Virus record (IMG/VR): IMGVR_UViG_3300024259_000022
DNA length: 64,000 nt
Direction: 5' to 3' (one strand)
From: an uncultured virus (IMG/VR IMGVR_UViG_3300024259_000022)
Lineage: Duplodnaviria > Heunggongvirae > Uroviricota > Caudoviricetes
This document shows positions 47,692 through 57,707 of this stretch, piece by piece. The stretch's first letter is position 1, and the number at the start of each line of letters is the position of its first letter. The translations under genes and the position numbers were made by a program. The notes under the pieces were generated by a model, which saw only the letters and a program-made list of their open reading frames with translations, was not told the origin of the DNA and searched no databases.

Positions 47692-47852
47692 ATCTTTTCC
47701 CCGCAAGATGGACAAAATTTCATTTTCTTAGTCAAACAAACTCCACAAGAGGCACAACAAACTTTTTCTACTTCTTGCGCTTCTTTTATCTGTTTATCTG
47801 TAACACCGAATGTATAATTCTTATTATCTTTTTGACCACATTTAAGCATCAT
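47688..47852 (-). CDS. Small zinc-ribbon protein (54 aa, not in ORF track)
   Basis: MMLKCGQK..CASCG..KFCPSCGEKI; downstream of a late-type promoter. Confidence 0.6.
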   Translation of the reverse strand: MMLKCGQKDNKNYTFGVTDKQIKEAQEVEKVCCASCGVCLTKKMKFCPSCGEKI

Positions 47853-47918
47853 CTCTATCCTTTCGCTTAAAAAACTTTCTACTCAGTCTTATATTTAAAG
47901 ACTAATTGAAAAAATCCT

Positions 47919-48695
47919 TTAATTTTTATTGTTACGAGGATCTACTAAAGGAGTTTTAGCCTGCTGGACTGCTTGAGTATTAGTGACAACATTCTGCCTT
48001 CCACCTTTTTGCACAGACCCAATCAACTTCTGAACAACTGTTTGTATCTCTTCTAGTGCCATTAACGACTCATCTGTAGATTGAAAGCTATTTATATTTC
48101 CAGCAAAAGCGTTAGAAAGTTTTCTCAGTTGAGAAGAAAATTGTCTTATATAGTTAAAATTTACATCTTCTACTGGCTGCTGTCCTGGTACTGGCTGCTG
48201 TCCTGGCATTGGTGCGATTGCTTGTTTTCTTGTCGTGCTTTTTGCTCTAATCGTTTTAATAACTTTCATATTTTCTCCTTTAACATGGCGAGGAATCTCT
48301 ATTCCCATTAATTGGGCTTCTGTATAATTAGGTGCTCCCTTAGGAAATGGTATAGCCCATTTATCTGAGGCGTGACTAAGAGCTGCTATAGAGCTGGTGA
48401 AATACTCACCAGCAGGAGCATATATCTTAGCTTTAGGATCGTCAGGAAGTTTCTTAATCCCCGCGAAAAATCTCTTCTTACCATCCTTAGTTAAAGATGG
48501 CCCCATAATAATAAAATAATCAGAGTCAGTCGTATAGTCGTGACCTTCCCATCTTATATAAGAGGACGGGCCAAGCTGTTTCTCAAATCTCTTTTTTAAC
48601 TTCTGAGATCTTTCGTGATAAAACTCTTTCCACTCTATTCCTCTATCTTTAATCCTCTGGCGTCCAGAAAACTTATGTATTCTCTCCATTTTCAA
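47919..48695 (-). CDS. Hypothetical head-associated protein, probably two fused units
   Basis: Internal AAGGAG RBS plus in-frame ATG at 48269 (MKVIKTIRAKS). Confidence 0.6.
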   Translation of the reverse strand: MKMERIHKFSGRQRIKDRGIEWKEFYHERSQKLKKRFEKQLGPSSYIRWEGHDYTTDSDYFIIMGPSLTKDGKKRFFAGIKKLPDDPKAKIYAPAGEYFTSSIAALSHASDKWAIPFPKGAPNYTEAQLMGIEIPRHVKGENMKVIKTIRAKSTTRKQAIAPMPGQQPVPGQQPVEDVNFNYIRQFSSQLRKLSNAFAGNINSFQSTDESLMALEEIQTVVQKLIGSVQKGGRQNVVTNTQAVQQAKTPLVDPRNNKN

Positions 48696-50991
48696 TGTTC
48701 CCTATATAAAGAATTTGTCCGTGTGGGACAGATGCTCTATTACATCCTATCTTTCCCTGAGAAAGACAGTATTCGTACAAAGGGTTCATCCATTCTTCTT
48801 CTGCTGAGGCTGTTTTAACCAGACCCTCAGATTCTGCTGCTTTTTTACGGCTACTCGCATCTGTTATGTGCTGTGTGATTGTATCTCTAACTGAGTCGAT
48901 ATTCTCATTTACAGCGTCTTCAGTAAATCTTAACACTCTCCAACCTACATTGGCTAGTTTTTGATCTCTTTGTAAATCTCTTTGTTTAAAATCTTCTCTT
49001 TCATGCCATATCGCTCCATCGACTTCTATTCCTACTCCAATTTGAGGATAAGCAAAATCTATAGCATAAGGTCTTTGTTCACCTGGAACTTTAACCTGAT
49101 ATTGAGCAAATAAATTTTGAGGATTATCCATTGCAGAAAGAGTTCTAAACATTTTTTGTTCTAACTTTGTTAACTTAATTGGCTGCATAATAGGAGCTTC
49201 CGCTTCTTCTTGCTCTTTTTGTTTATTTTTAGATCCTCTTTTTCCTATCATAGGCATTTCTCCAGAAGCTGCTGCTCCCATTGGAGCTGCTCCACCACCC
49301 ATGCCGCCCATATCACCACCCATGCCACCACCCATGCCTGGAGCACCACCCATGCCTCCACCCATGTCACCGCCTGGCATTCCTCCACCCATATCACCAC
49401 CTGGTGGCATACCTCCACCACCCATGTCTCCTCCGCCCATTGGAGCTCCAGCCATAGCGTCTCCACCACCCATACCTGCAACCATACCATTAGCTTGAGC
49501 CATAATCTGTTCTTCTCTAATCTTTTCTACTTCTGAATCATAATCAAGATCCATCTCTTCAAGAACAGTCTGTGCTGAAACCATACCCTTATCATACATC
49601 TGCATTAATGTCTGTATTCTATTAGTCTTATCTCTAAGCTGTAAATCATTCCATGTAAGTTTAGGGAATAAGTAAATTGTCTCTCCTGCTTCTTCAGACT
49701 CTGCCTCATCAACAAAACCTTGCATCATAGCAACGGGTTTAAAGATATTAGTCTCTACCCAAGCTTGTAACTTATTTCTCCAGTTATCTAATCTACGAAT
49801 AAGAACCTCAATACCAACCTGTGCAGAACTATATCCTGCCATCTCTCCATTAAGGATAGCTTGGTTAAGCATAAGACCATCTAAAATTTCCTTGCCAATT
49901 TGCTCAATCTCTTGAGTAATATTATGTATCTTACCTGTCGCTCCATACCACTCATAATCAAAAGCGTGGTGAGTAACGATCGTAAGGTTAGGATCATTAG
50001 CAACTGCTGACAATTGGTTCTGAACATCTTGAAGATCTGAGTCTGTTGCTGGTCTATCTTTATCTCCTACCTTAACCACTCTAACAGGAAGGATTAATCT
50101 CTCTGCAACAATCCAGTTGGCTGTCATTATTTTTGTCTTATATGCCAAAACCGTAAATAATCTTTGGAGCATAGATGTTCCATATGTTCCATAATCACTA
50201 GCATTATGTTTTAAATGGCTAATACATCTGTCAGATAATCTGATAGGTTGACCTGCTGAAACTGCTTGAATTAGTCCTGCTGGCAAGCTGTCATAAATAC
50301 TTTTTGGCTCTTGTCTCTGAACAATTAGTTTTAGTTCTTCATCAGGAATTAAGTAGTATTCAGGGTTACTAGCAAGAGGATTATCCTTAACATCTAGATA
50401 GTCAGGATTCATTAACTTTATGCTTTTGAAAGTTCCATCGGCATGATTACATAATTCTCCATCAGCTTTTCTACCTGCTCCATGACAATTGGGGCACTCT
50501 ATTTCAGTAAATGGAAAAACATCTCCAAGAAGAAAATACTCATGACTAACAGCATTTAACTTTTCTGCCAGATCTATTTTCTCAACTAATCTTTCGTAGA
50601 ATTTTAAAATCTTTTTAGATTTACATTCGAGTTTAAAACCATTCATTGAGAAGTTAGAATAAAAATCAACTCCTGCTGCGACTTTCGGTTCGTTCATATA
50701 GTAAAAACGAGACCATTGCATAATCTCCCTACGCCTACTGGCAATCTGCCAGTTTTGTGGGGTATGTAACGGACTGAAGAACATTGGCTGAGTCATTGCT
50801 ACATTAGCACCAGACCCTGCAAATTGAGCGTTTCTTGTAATAGGCATACTAACACTTTTAGCACCTGCAAGACCACTCTTATGTATTCGTGGATTATTGT
50901 TTGTTGGTTCTGGAGCTGCATAACCTCCAGAAGCTGCAACCATTCTTCTTTTATTCTCTGGTGAATTATCTGGTAAAATAAACTTTGCCAT
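48673..50991 (-). CDS. Portal protein with C-terminal DUF559-like endonuclease domain
   Basis: Portal-like motifs (EYFLLGDVF, IKLMNPDY, ISHLKH..YGTSMLQR, PKLTWNDL, LEEMDLDYDSE); then AIDFAYP..IEVDGAIWH..RDLQRDQKLANVGWRVLRF. Confidence 0.8.
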   Translation of the reverse strand: MAKFILPDNSPENKRRMVAASGGYAAPEPTNNNPRIHKSGLAGAKSVSMPITRNAQFAGSGANVAMTQPMFFSPLHTPQNWQIASRRREIMQWSRFYYMNEPKVAAGVDFYSNFSMNGFKLECKSKKILKFYERLVEKIDLAEKLNAVSHEYFLLGDVFPFTEIECPNCHGAGRKADGELCNHADGTFKSIKLMNPDYLDVKDNPLASNPEYYLIPDEELKLIVQRQEPKSIYDSLPAGLIQAVSAGQPIRLSDRCISHLKHNASDYGTYGTSMLQRLFTVLAYKTKIMTANWIVAERLILPVRVVKVGDKDRPATDSDLQDVQNQLSAVANDPNLTIVTHHAFDYEWYGATGKIHNITQEIEQIGKEILDGLMLNQAILNGEMAGYSSAQVGIEVLIRRLDNWRNKLQAWVETNIFKPVAMMQGFVDEAESEEAGETIYLFPKLTWNDLQLRDKTNRIQTLMQMYDKGMVSAQTVLEEMDLDYDSEVEKIREEQIMAQANGMVAGMGGGDAMAGAPMGGGDMGGGGMPPGGDMGGGMPGGDMGGGMGGAPGMGGGMGGDMGGMGGGAAPMGAAASGEMPMIGKRGSKNKQKEQEEAEAPIMQPIKLTKLEQKMFRTLSAMDNPQNLFAQYQVKVPGEQRPYAIDFAYPQIGVGIEVDGAIWHEREDFKQRDLQRDQKLANVGWRVLRFTEDAVNENIDSVRDTITQHITDASSRKKAAESEGLVKTASAEEEWMNPLYEYCLSQGKIGCNRASVPHGQILYIGNIENGENT

Positions 50992-51008
50992 CTTTTATCC
51001 CTTATCTT

Positions 51009-51401
51009 TTAGCCATTTATCGCTAAACCTTCGCATGAGTTCCATATTTCTTCCTTAGTTACATCGACATTTCTTATATTATTTCTTTTTGGATGTCTAC
51101 ACATTTTAACTTCTGTCGAGAATTCATCCTTAACTGTATCCTCATCATCTTCTGCTAAATCATCATCTTTCTTGCCTCTTCTCCCACCATCTTTACTAGC
51201 GAGTTGAGTTATATAATCCAGTTTTGGACCATAATCTTCATATCTTTCTCCCTTTTGAGGAACTTTGCGAGGATGTGGTTGACCCATATTAGGAATTATA
51301 ACTTGATGACAATTTTGACATTCATGTGCTTTTTGACCAACACAAGAATTACAATGTGGACATGTGCAAATTGCCTGAGTAGGATCTTTCTCCCCAGGCA
51401 A
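51009..51401 (-). CDS. Zinc-ribbon hypothetical protein
   Basis: CTCPHC..HECQNC. Confidence 0.55.
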   Translation of the reverse strand: MPGEKDPTQAICTCPHCNSCVGQKAHECQNCHQVIIPNMGQPHPRKVPQKGERYEDYGPKLDYITQLASKDGGRRGKKDDDLAEDDEDTVKDEFSTEVKMCRHPKRNNIRNVDVTKEEIWNSCEGLAING

Positions 51402-51448
51402 TTTTAATGGTTTTAATTCTTTAAGCTCAGGTAAATCTCTAAGCTGTG

Positions 51449-52675
51449 CTAACTTTTTTTTTTGCTTGAAGCTTCTTTCCAGTTAAATGGTTTTGAAGTA
51501 TCAGTAGCACCTGCTATGTCGCCTTTAGCTCTAGCCGCTTGTAGCCTTGATTCTGTATTCCCATATTCAGGAAGAATAGGCTTTCTTGTCTGACCTGGCT
51601 TTAGCTGCATATTATTTGTTTCAGGGATATTTCTATCAACTTCAAAACGCTTATTGATATAACCACCTACCCAGTCGCCTTCTTTATTCTTATAAGGTCT
51701 TGAGTATTTATCCATGACATTTTCACGCCATATAGTTTCATAGTCGATATTCCAAACATCATCAACAACAAGACCAAAGCCTTTGTTTCTCTCAACGATA
51801 TGCCAATCAGAAACTGGCTGATGAAGGAATGGATCTATTCTTGTTTGGCCTGGACCCCACATAATAGCATTATCCATAGTTTTATGTTGTGCTGTCTTTG
51901 TGACGTTAAAGGCCTTCTTTTCATGTCTGCCAACATGTTTTTGTGCTAACTTTTTAATCATATCTGAAACTTCATTAACTGAAGCCCCTACTTCTTTATA
52001 TGGAGCTTGAATAGGCATAGTATCCTCTTTCCCGTAAATTAATTCATGAATAATCTCTGCATCTTTCAATTTTTGCTCTTCACCCTTTATTTCAAAACCT
52101 TGAAAATAACTTTTTAAAGCTGCTTGTGCCGAATCTGCTTCTTTAGGATTTTCTTGCATAATATCATTCCATGCTTCTTGAAAAGCATTTTTAGAATTAG
52201 AAACTTCTATCAACATATTATTTAAATCACTATGTGTCTCATATTTTTTAAAAGACTGTGGATCTTCTGGCATAGGATCTTCTGGCATAGGCATTTCTGG
52301 CATAGGAGCTTCTGGCATAGGCATTTGTGCTTTCTTTAAATTAAATGGTTTAGCACTCGCTAAAGAGTTTAAATTCCCACCCGCCAAACCTGATGCCGCA
52401 TCAGCTCGTTCTTGAGTTGTATCGACATTAACAGAATTTGCTAATTCTTCCATTATTTGTGCTTCTTCCATACCATTAATCATATCTTGAGGAGAGTCAT
52501 AAAGACTACCACCATCATAATTACTATTATATAAGAAATGAGCATCTGCCTCTGTGAAACCGTTAAGTGCCAACCCTGGAGGAATAACCAAAGGTGCTTG
52601 AGGAGGCATTACTGCATCCATCACATTTTGAGGATTTGGATTTCCATATGCTCTTTTTCTTAAATTAAAGGTCAT
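51449..52675 (-). CDS. Putative internal head protein with FNLRKxA tags
   Basis: MTFNLRKRA, PFNLKKAQ, AFNVTKTAQ, PFNWKEAS. Confidence 0.55.
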   Translation of the reverse strand: MTFNLRKRAYGNPNPQNVMDAVMPPQAPLVIPPGLALNGFTEADAHFLYNSNYDGGSLYDSPQDMINGMEEAQIMEELANSVNVDTTQERADAASGLAGGNLNSLASAKPFNLKKAQMPMPEAPMPEMPMPEDPMPEDPQSFKKYETHSDLNNMLIEVSNSKNAFQEAWNDIMQENPKEADSAQAALKSYFQGFEIKGEEQKLKDAEIIHELIYGKEDTMPIQAPYKEVGASVNEVSDMIKKLAQKHVGRHEKKAFNVTKTAQHKTMDNAIMWGPGQTRIDPFLHQPVSDWHIVERNKGFGLVVDDVWNIDYETIWRENVMDKYSRPYKNKEGDWVGGYINKRFEVDRNIPETNNMQLKPGQTRKPILPEYGNTESRLQAARAKGDIAGATDTSKPFNWKEASSKKKS

Positions 52676-52678
52676 TAA

Positions 52679-53350
52679 TTACTCCGATTGTTTGAATAAA
52701 CTTTCCATAAGCTTTTGAGTTACACCTTTAGAAGAAACCACCTTACCACCATTTCTCCAAGAGTCATCTACTTGACCCTTTCTCGTCTTAATATCATCAG
52801 AGATTTTCTCACCACCTGTTTTATCGCTTAGTCTCATAAAATCTTTATTATCAAAAATACTCATACCATTTTCTGAAACTTTATAGTTTGTTCCACTTAA
52901 AGTTCCAGCAGGAGAAACTGATGAAGCTTTTTCTTGAATAGTAGATTTTATAGACTCTGTTAACTCATTCATTCTCTTACTCTCTGCTTCTCTCTTATTA
53001 GATGCTATTTCAGCTTTATCTCTAAGAGTCTTTGTCTTACTGTCTAATTCTTTAGATGCTTCTGCTGTTTTGTCAGAATTCCATATAGTATTAGAACTAT
53101 TGCTCTTAATATGTGTAGAAGGACCTCCTTCATTAGTTATCCCACCAGTACTAGCTGAAGATATATGTTGAGTAGTCATAACTTGCTGAGCGCTATCGTT
53201 AAACTTGCTAGACAGTTTCTTTGACTTCTGTTCTTCAGATAATTGAGCTATAGTCTTCTTAGCAGTAGTCTTTACCTTCGAAGCTTCTTTAGTAGTTTCT
53301 TCTTTATCTAAAAATTTTATTTTATGTTCATCCGACATTCTTTGGATCAT
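52679..53350 (-). CDS. Putative internal head protein
   Basis: S/T/K-rich; KEAS, KTAE, EKAS motifs. Confidence 0.5.
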   Translation of the reverse strand: MIQRMSDEHKIKFLDKEETTKEASKVKTTAKKTIAQLSEEQKSKKLSSKFNDSAQQVMTTQHISSASTGGITNEGGPSTHIKSNSSNTIWNSDKTAEASKELDSKTKTLRDKAEIASNKREAESKRMNELTESIKSTIQEKASSVSPAGTLSGTNYKVSENGMSIFDNKDFMRLSDKTGGEKISDDIKTRKGQVDDSWRNGGKVVSSKGVTQKLMESLFKQSE

Positions 53351-54093
53351 TATTTGTCTCCAATCATTTTCTTTAAATTGCTCGCAAAACCATTCTTCTG
53401 TTCTTTTATCATCTCATGAATAGTGGAAGCTGCTTTAAATGGCTTCTGTTCTGCTGGTTTATTATCATTTTGACCCTTATCTGGCTTACCATAGACCTGA
53501 TCGAGGCTATCATGTGTAATATCTTCTTCGGGATCACCCAAATCAGCAGAAGTGAACTTTATTGTCCACTTCCCATCTGAACGTTCTGCACCATTGAAAT
53601 TCAAACCAAACATTTGGTTAACTTCATGAGATATTTGTTTAAGCTCTTCATTTTCTACTGTATCTGTATAACCCTTTTCGTCAGGATATTTTTTATCAGG
53701 TATCACTACCTGAATATCCTTAACTCCTTCAGGAGAAATAGATTCTTTTACGAATTCTGCTTTAAAATCTTGCAATCTTCTACCAGGATATCCGTAATTC
53801 TGAAGCTTTTCATATACATATGTAGTTAGAGTTTTTCTACCATTATCTTCTGGAGCTACCTCTTGGGCATCCTCTCCTGGCTGAATGCTAACATCATCAT
53901 TCACGCCCTGAGATTCTATATCGTCTTCCATAGCTCCCCCTGTCTCTAGCCCATTCTCTGCCCCACCTACTTCAGGTGGACTTTCCAGAGGATTCTCTTC
54001 TGCTATAGACTGTTCTCCAAACCCTTCGGACAAAGGGTTAGAGAATTGCTGAGCAACCATTACACGAGTTTTACCTGTAGGTACAAGATCCAT
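53350..54093 (-). CDS. Putative internal head protein (acidic)
   Basis: RVMVAQQ and FKAAS flank an acidic core. Confidence 0.5.
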   Translation of the reverse strand: MDLVPTGKTRVMVAQQFSNPLSEGFGEQSIAEENPLESPPEVGGAENGLETGGAMEDDIESQGVNDDVSIQPGEDAQEVAPEDNGRKTLTTYVYEKLQNYGYPGRRLQDFKAEFVKESISPEGVKDIQVVIPDKKYPDEKGYTDTVENEELKQISHEVNQMFGLNFNGAERSDGKWTIKFTSADLGDPEEDITHDSLDQVYGKPDKGQNDNKPAEQKPFKAASTIHEMIKEQKNGFASNLKKMIGDK

Positions 54094-54124
54094 ATCACTA
54101 ACTCCATAAATTAAAAATTATCGA

Positions 54125-54862
54125 TTACTTATCAGCAATAATAGCACTTACATAATCATCGCCAAAAAGCTGCTTCCAATAATCTTTCAAGAAACTCTTA
54201 TTCTTTTCATCAAGGTTAGCGATTTTTACGAACTTAACTGCTGATGCTTCTTTTTCTTCTTTATCTTTATCATCAGCCTTAGACTCTTTATCTTCTTTTT
54301 CGCAATCTTCTTTAGTCGAACCATCATCATCACCATCACAGTCGCCACCCTTACATTTACCCTTGCAGATAAAATTAGGTTTGCCACAAGAACACATGCC
54401 TTTTTCACCAGCAGTTTTTATTGCTGCTGCCATAGTTGCTGTGCATTTTTTGCAATCATCTTCTCCGCAACCGCATTCGTCTTCATCTTTTTCTGCTACC
54501 TTAGCAACTTCTGCTGATCCTGCTTTTTCTTCTTTTTCTACCTTTGGATCATTATTAAGTTTTGCTTCGCCTGTTCCAGCACCTGAATCTGGAGCTTCAT
54601 CGTCTTCACTTGTCTTAACTTTAGCTGACGATTTATTACCATCATCCTTATTCTTTGCAGATGGACCAGCCCCTGGCATAGTTGTTGACTCACCAGTTTG
54701 GTGCAGTGGCTCAACAGCAAGTTGTCCACTTGAATCTGCTTCTTCTTGCTCTGCTGTTTTAACAGAGGCCATTTTGATATTTCTCTTGCTTTTAAATTCA
54801 GCAATAAAATCATCAAATTTTGGCGATGCTGCTGTGCTTATCTTATTAGTATAAAGCTTCAT
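54125..54862 (-). CDS. Putative internal head/scaffold-like protein
   Basis: Acidic; IKMAS, VKTAE, AKVAE, IKTAG, KEAS, VKIAN; strong RBS; own promoter. Confidence 0.55.
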   Translation of the reverse strand: MKLYTNKISTAASPKFDDFIAEFKSKRNIKMASVKTAEQEEADSSGQLAVEPLHQTGESTTMPGAGPSAKNKDDGNKSSAKVKTSEDDEAPDSGAGTGEAKLNNDPKVEKEEKAGSAEVAKVAEKDEDECGCGEDDCKKCTATMAAAIKTAGEKGMCSCGKPNFICKGKCKGGDCDGDDDGSTKEDCEKEDKESKADDKDKEEKEASAVKFVKIANLDEKNKSFLKDYWKQLFGDDYVSAIIADK

Positions 54863-54977
54863 AGTTTTATTCTCCTTTAATTTATAAAATCTACGCTATA
54901 TTCATATTATTTAAATTATTTTTCAGAAAACCCTTTTTTTATTTCATAATTTTTAATTATTTAACTTACTCCACTAT

Positions 54978-57299
54978 TTAATTCATAAGAGGAGATTGTT
55001 TCTGTTTTATTGCAAGCTGAGCATCTACCAGAGGTTTAATAATATTCAACTGATCCAGAGTTAGTTGCCCTATACTCTCTTGAGAGTAGGGATCAGGTTT
55101 AGGTGTGGGTGTGGTCTGTTGATCAGCTGGAGTTTGAGGTAATTTACCTCCAGGTGCTACTGCTCCTGATGGATCTCCACCTACTGCACCTGCTGGGTCT
55201 CCACCTACCGCACCCGCTGGGTTGGAACTTACTGCACCTGATGGGTTTCCACCCGCTTGATCTCCACCAGATGCTTGGTCAACTCTTTGTTGAGCCTGCA
55301 TAGTAGCTTGACCTAATGACTGTAAATTACCAATCATCTGAGCTATATCAAATTGACCAGTATTGGCCATTTGATTATGTTTTTGAATTATATTAGTAAT
55401 ATTACTAATAGCTGGTTGTAGAAGCTGTTGAGCATTTGGATTATTTTTACCAGCAAAACTTCCAAATACACTTAAAGCATCATTTGCCTGTTCAAATACT
55501 CCCATATATTCTTGCATATGTTCTGGACTAACTTGAGGTGCTGATGGCTGTTGAGGTTGACCCGCTTTGTTGCCCATATTATACATTGCATTATCTTGCT
55601 CGGCAGCATTCTGTTGATCCCATCCTTTGTTGTATTGCTCAGCAGCATTCTGTTGATCCCATCCTTTGTTGTATTGCTTAGCTTCGTCTTGATCATAACC
55701 TTTTTGTTGTAATTGATCAAATTCATAACCAGCTTGATCAGGAGTAATTTGTGGTTTTTTATTGATAGGAAATGGGTTTTTTGATGGAGTTTTAGCTATT
55801 ACCATTTCTTTTCCAGCTTCTATAATAATAGACTTATTAGAAGCTGCCGTAGCTTGTTGCCCCATAAAACCCTGTAATTTTTGAACTAGTGCATTACACT
55901 GATCTCTTATAGTTTCCAACCAATCATTAACTTCTCTATTTTGTTCTTTTCCTTGCCCCTTTTCCCCCCATGACCATGGATTCCACCACGTTGCTTCTTT
56001 TTTTTGGTTCCCCGTAAAATCCGCTTCCTTTAACACCTCCGCAGAAATACCTGCTAATTTCTCTCCAAGATCCTTCTCACCGCTATTGGCTAAGGTATAA
56101 GCAATATCCATTAATTGTGAAGAACTTTCTAATATCTTATTTTTTTGAGCATCTACTTCTTTTTCAATGATAGTATAAACAGCTTCAGGTGTTGACATTC
56201 CTGATTTAACTTTTTTAAATACCTGATTAGCAAATTTTTTATGTAACTGTGCTGTTTTCTTCAGACCTATCTTGGGACTTTTCTCTTGTTTCGCGTATTT
56301 TTCCCAACCGCTTTTATTATCGTTTATAGATTCTTTATATTCGTCCCAGCATTGCATCCATACTTCTTGAGCAGGAGACTCTGGCTGTGTTGTTCTTTTC
56401 TGCCTATAGCAGTTATCCCAGCACCTTCTATTTCTCAGCCAGTAACCTTGGACACCAACATACTGTGCTGTCTTAGTGCTTTTTAAAACTTTCTCTGCAC
56501 TTTTAATTACTGATGCAGACTTTACAAGTCCCTTAGCTTTAAGAGCTGCCCCAACTTCTATTAAACTATCATTTATGTTTTCCATTTTATCTATCCCTTT
56601 ATCTACCGTTTTATTGGAATTTAGATTAACCTTAAATTTCGGATCAAAATATTGAGGCTTCTTGGTTTTTCTATTCTTTACAAACTCATACTTAGAAATA
56701 TTCTCAATTATGAATGCCCTTATATTATCAGATGGATTTCTCTTTCCTATAAATCCTCTACCAACAGACCTATCATAAGTAACTAATATTGTATTCCCGT
56801 TACCAGCCTTAAATATATAATAAGGTTCAACAGTTCTAAATATATTGACTCCTCCTAATGGAGTCCTTGTTAAACCTTTTTCCCTTTTAAGATACTTCTT
56901 TTCATTCCTACTTCCTTTTCCCTTTGTTGTATAATCTATTTTAACAACTCTGTTATTATCTCTTGCCCACTCCAAAGCCTGAATAGTGCTTGTAAATTCA
57001 GGGATATTATCCTCATCAGGGATTAAGTTCTGCTCTTCAGGAGAAACTCCTATGTCTACAGGAGCTTCCTCTGTAAGAACATCTTCTTCACCATCTTCAT
57101 TTATTAAATTATCAACTAAAACATTTTCATAATCATCCTTAGTAACAGGAAGGTCCTTAGTAATAGGAGTCTCTCCTGCCACTGGTGGATTAACCTTGTC
57201 TTGCTCAATCTGATTCATCTTCGCGACTGTATCATCATCAAATTGATCCAGCCTTGGGTCAAAATCTTCTGCAAATTTTAAACTTTTAATAATTCTCAT
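54978..57299 (-). CDS. WYL-like domain protein fused to a KxA-rich, Q-rich region
   Basis: VVKIDYTT..RTVEPY..LVTYDR..IRAFIIENISKY WYL pattern; MRIIKSLKFA tag; possible internal start near 56585. Confidence 0.6.
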   Translation of the reverse strand: MRIIKSLKFAEDFDPRLDQFDDDTVAKMNQIEQDKVNPPVAGETPITKDLPVTKDDYENVLVDNLINEDGEEDVLTEEAPVDIGVSPEEQNLIPDEDNIPEFTSTIQALEWARDNNRVVKIDYTTKGKGSRNEKKYLKREKGLTRTPLGGVNIFRTVEPYYIFKAGNGNTILVTYDRSVGRGFIGKRNPSDNIRAFIIENISKYEFVKNRKTKKPQYFDPKFKVNLNSNKTVDKGIDKMENINDSLIEVGAALKAKGLVKSASVIKSAEKVLKSTKTAQYVGVQGYWLRNRRCWDNCYRQKRTTQPESPAQEVWMQCWDEYKESINDNKSGWEKYAKQEKSPKIGLKKTAQLHKKFANQVFKKVKSGMSTPEAVYTIIEKEVDAQKNKILESSSQLMDIAYTLANSGEKDLGEKLAGISAEVLKEADFTGNQKKEATWWNPWSWGEKGQGKEQNREVNDWLETIRDQCNALVQKLQGFMGQQATAASNKSIIIEAGKEMVIAKTPSKNPFPINKKPQITPDQAGYEFDQLQQKGYDQDEAKQYNKGWDQQNAAEQYNKGWDQQNAAEQDNAMYNMGNKAGQPQQPSAPQVSPEHMQEYMGVFEQANDALSVFGSFAGKNNPNAQQLLQPAISNITNIIQKHNQMANTGQFDIAQMIGNLQSLGQATMQAQQRVDQASGGDQAGGNPSGAVSSNPAGAVGGDPAGAVGGDPSGAVAPGGKLPQTPADQQTTPTPKPDPYSQESIGQLTLDQLNIIKPLVDAQLAIKQKQSPLMN
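55596..55682. repeat. 39-bp coding tandem repeat (AEQYNKGWDQQNA)
   Basis: Two near-identical copies plus a partial third. Confidence 0.85.
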
Positions 57300-57337
57300 T
57301 CTTTTAATTTAAAGAAAAAATCAAAAAATCCTTTGAT

Positions 57338-57700
57338 TTAATTTTCTTTAAATATTTTTTGCATAGGAATAAGGTCATTAGTTGACATAGCAATATCACC
57401 AAGATCTTCAATTGAAATAGGATCAAAGGCAATTTCAACCTCTTCACCCAATAATCCAGAAAATTCTTCTTGGAATTTATCTCTATTCTCATCAGCGACC
57501 TTCATTTCTTTGCCTTCTTCTTTTGGCTCTGCATACTTCTCGACCAGTTTTACTCTAGCCTTCTCAAGAGTCTCCATCTCAGCAGAGCTATCTTTCAAAA
57601 ACTTGTAAAGACGAAAAGAAACCTTAATAGGCAATTCTTTATCTGTCAATTTCTGTAAGCTGCGAGTGAGTCCGTAAATTTCACCTAAATTAAACTTCAT
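57338..57700 (-). CDS. DUF1617-like phage protein
   Basis: LQKLTDKELPIKVSFRL..RVKLVEKYA..FQEEFSGLLGEEVEI. Confidence 0.55.
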   Translation of the reverse strand: MKFNLGEIYGLTRSLQKLTDKELPIKVSFRLYKFLKDSSAEMETLEKARVKLVEKYAEPKEEGKEMKVADENRDKFQEEFSGLLGEEVEIAFDPISIEDLGDIAMSTNDLIPMQKIFKEN

Positions 57701-57707
57701 AATGCTT

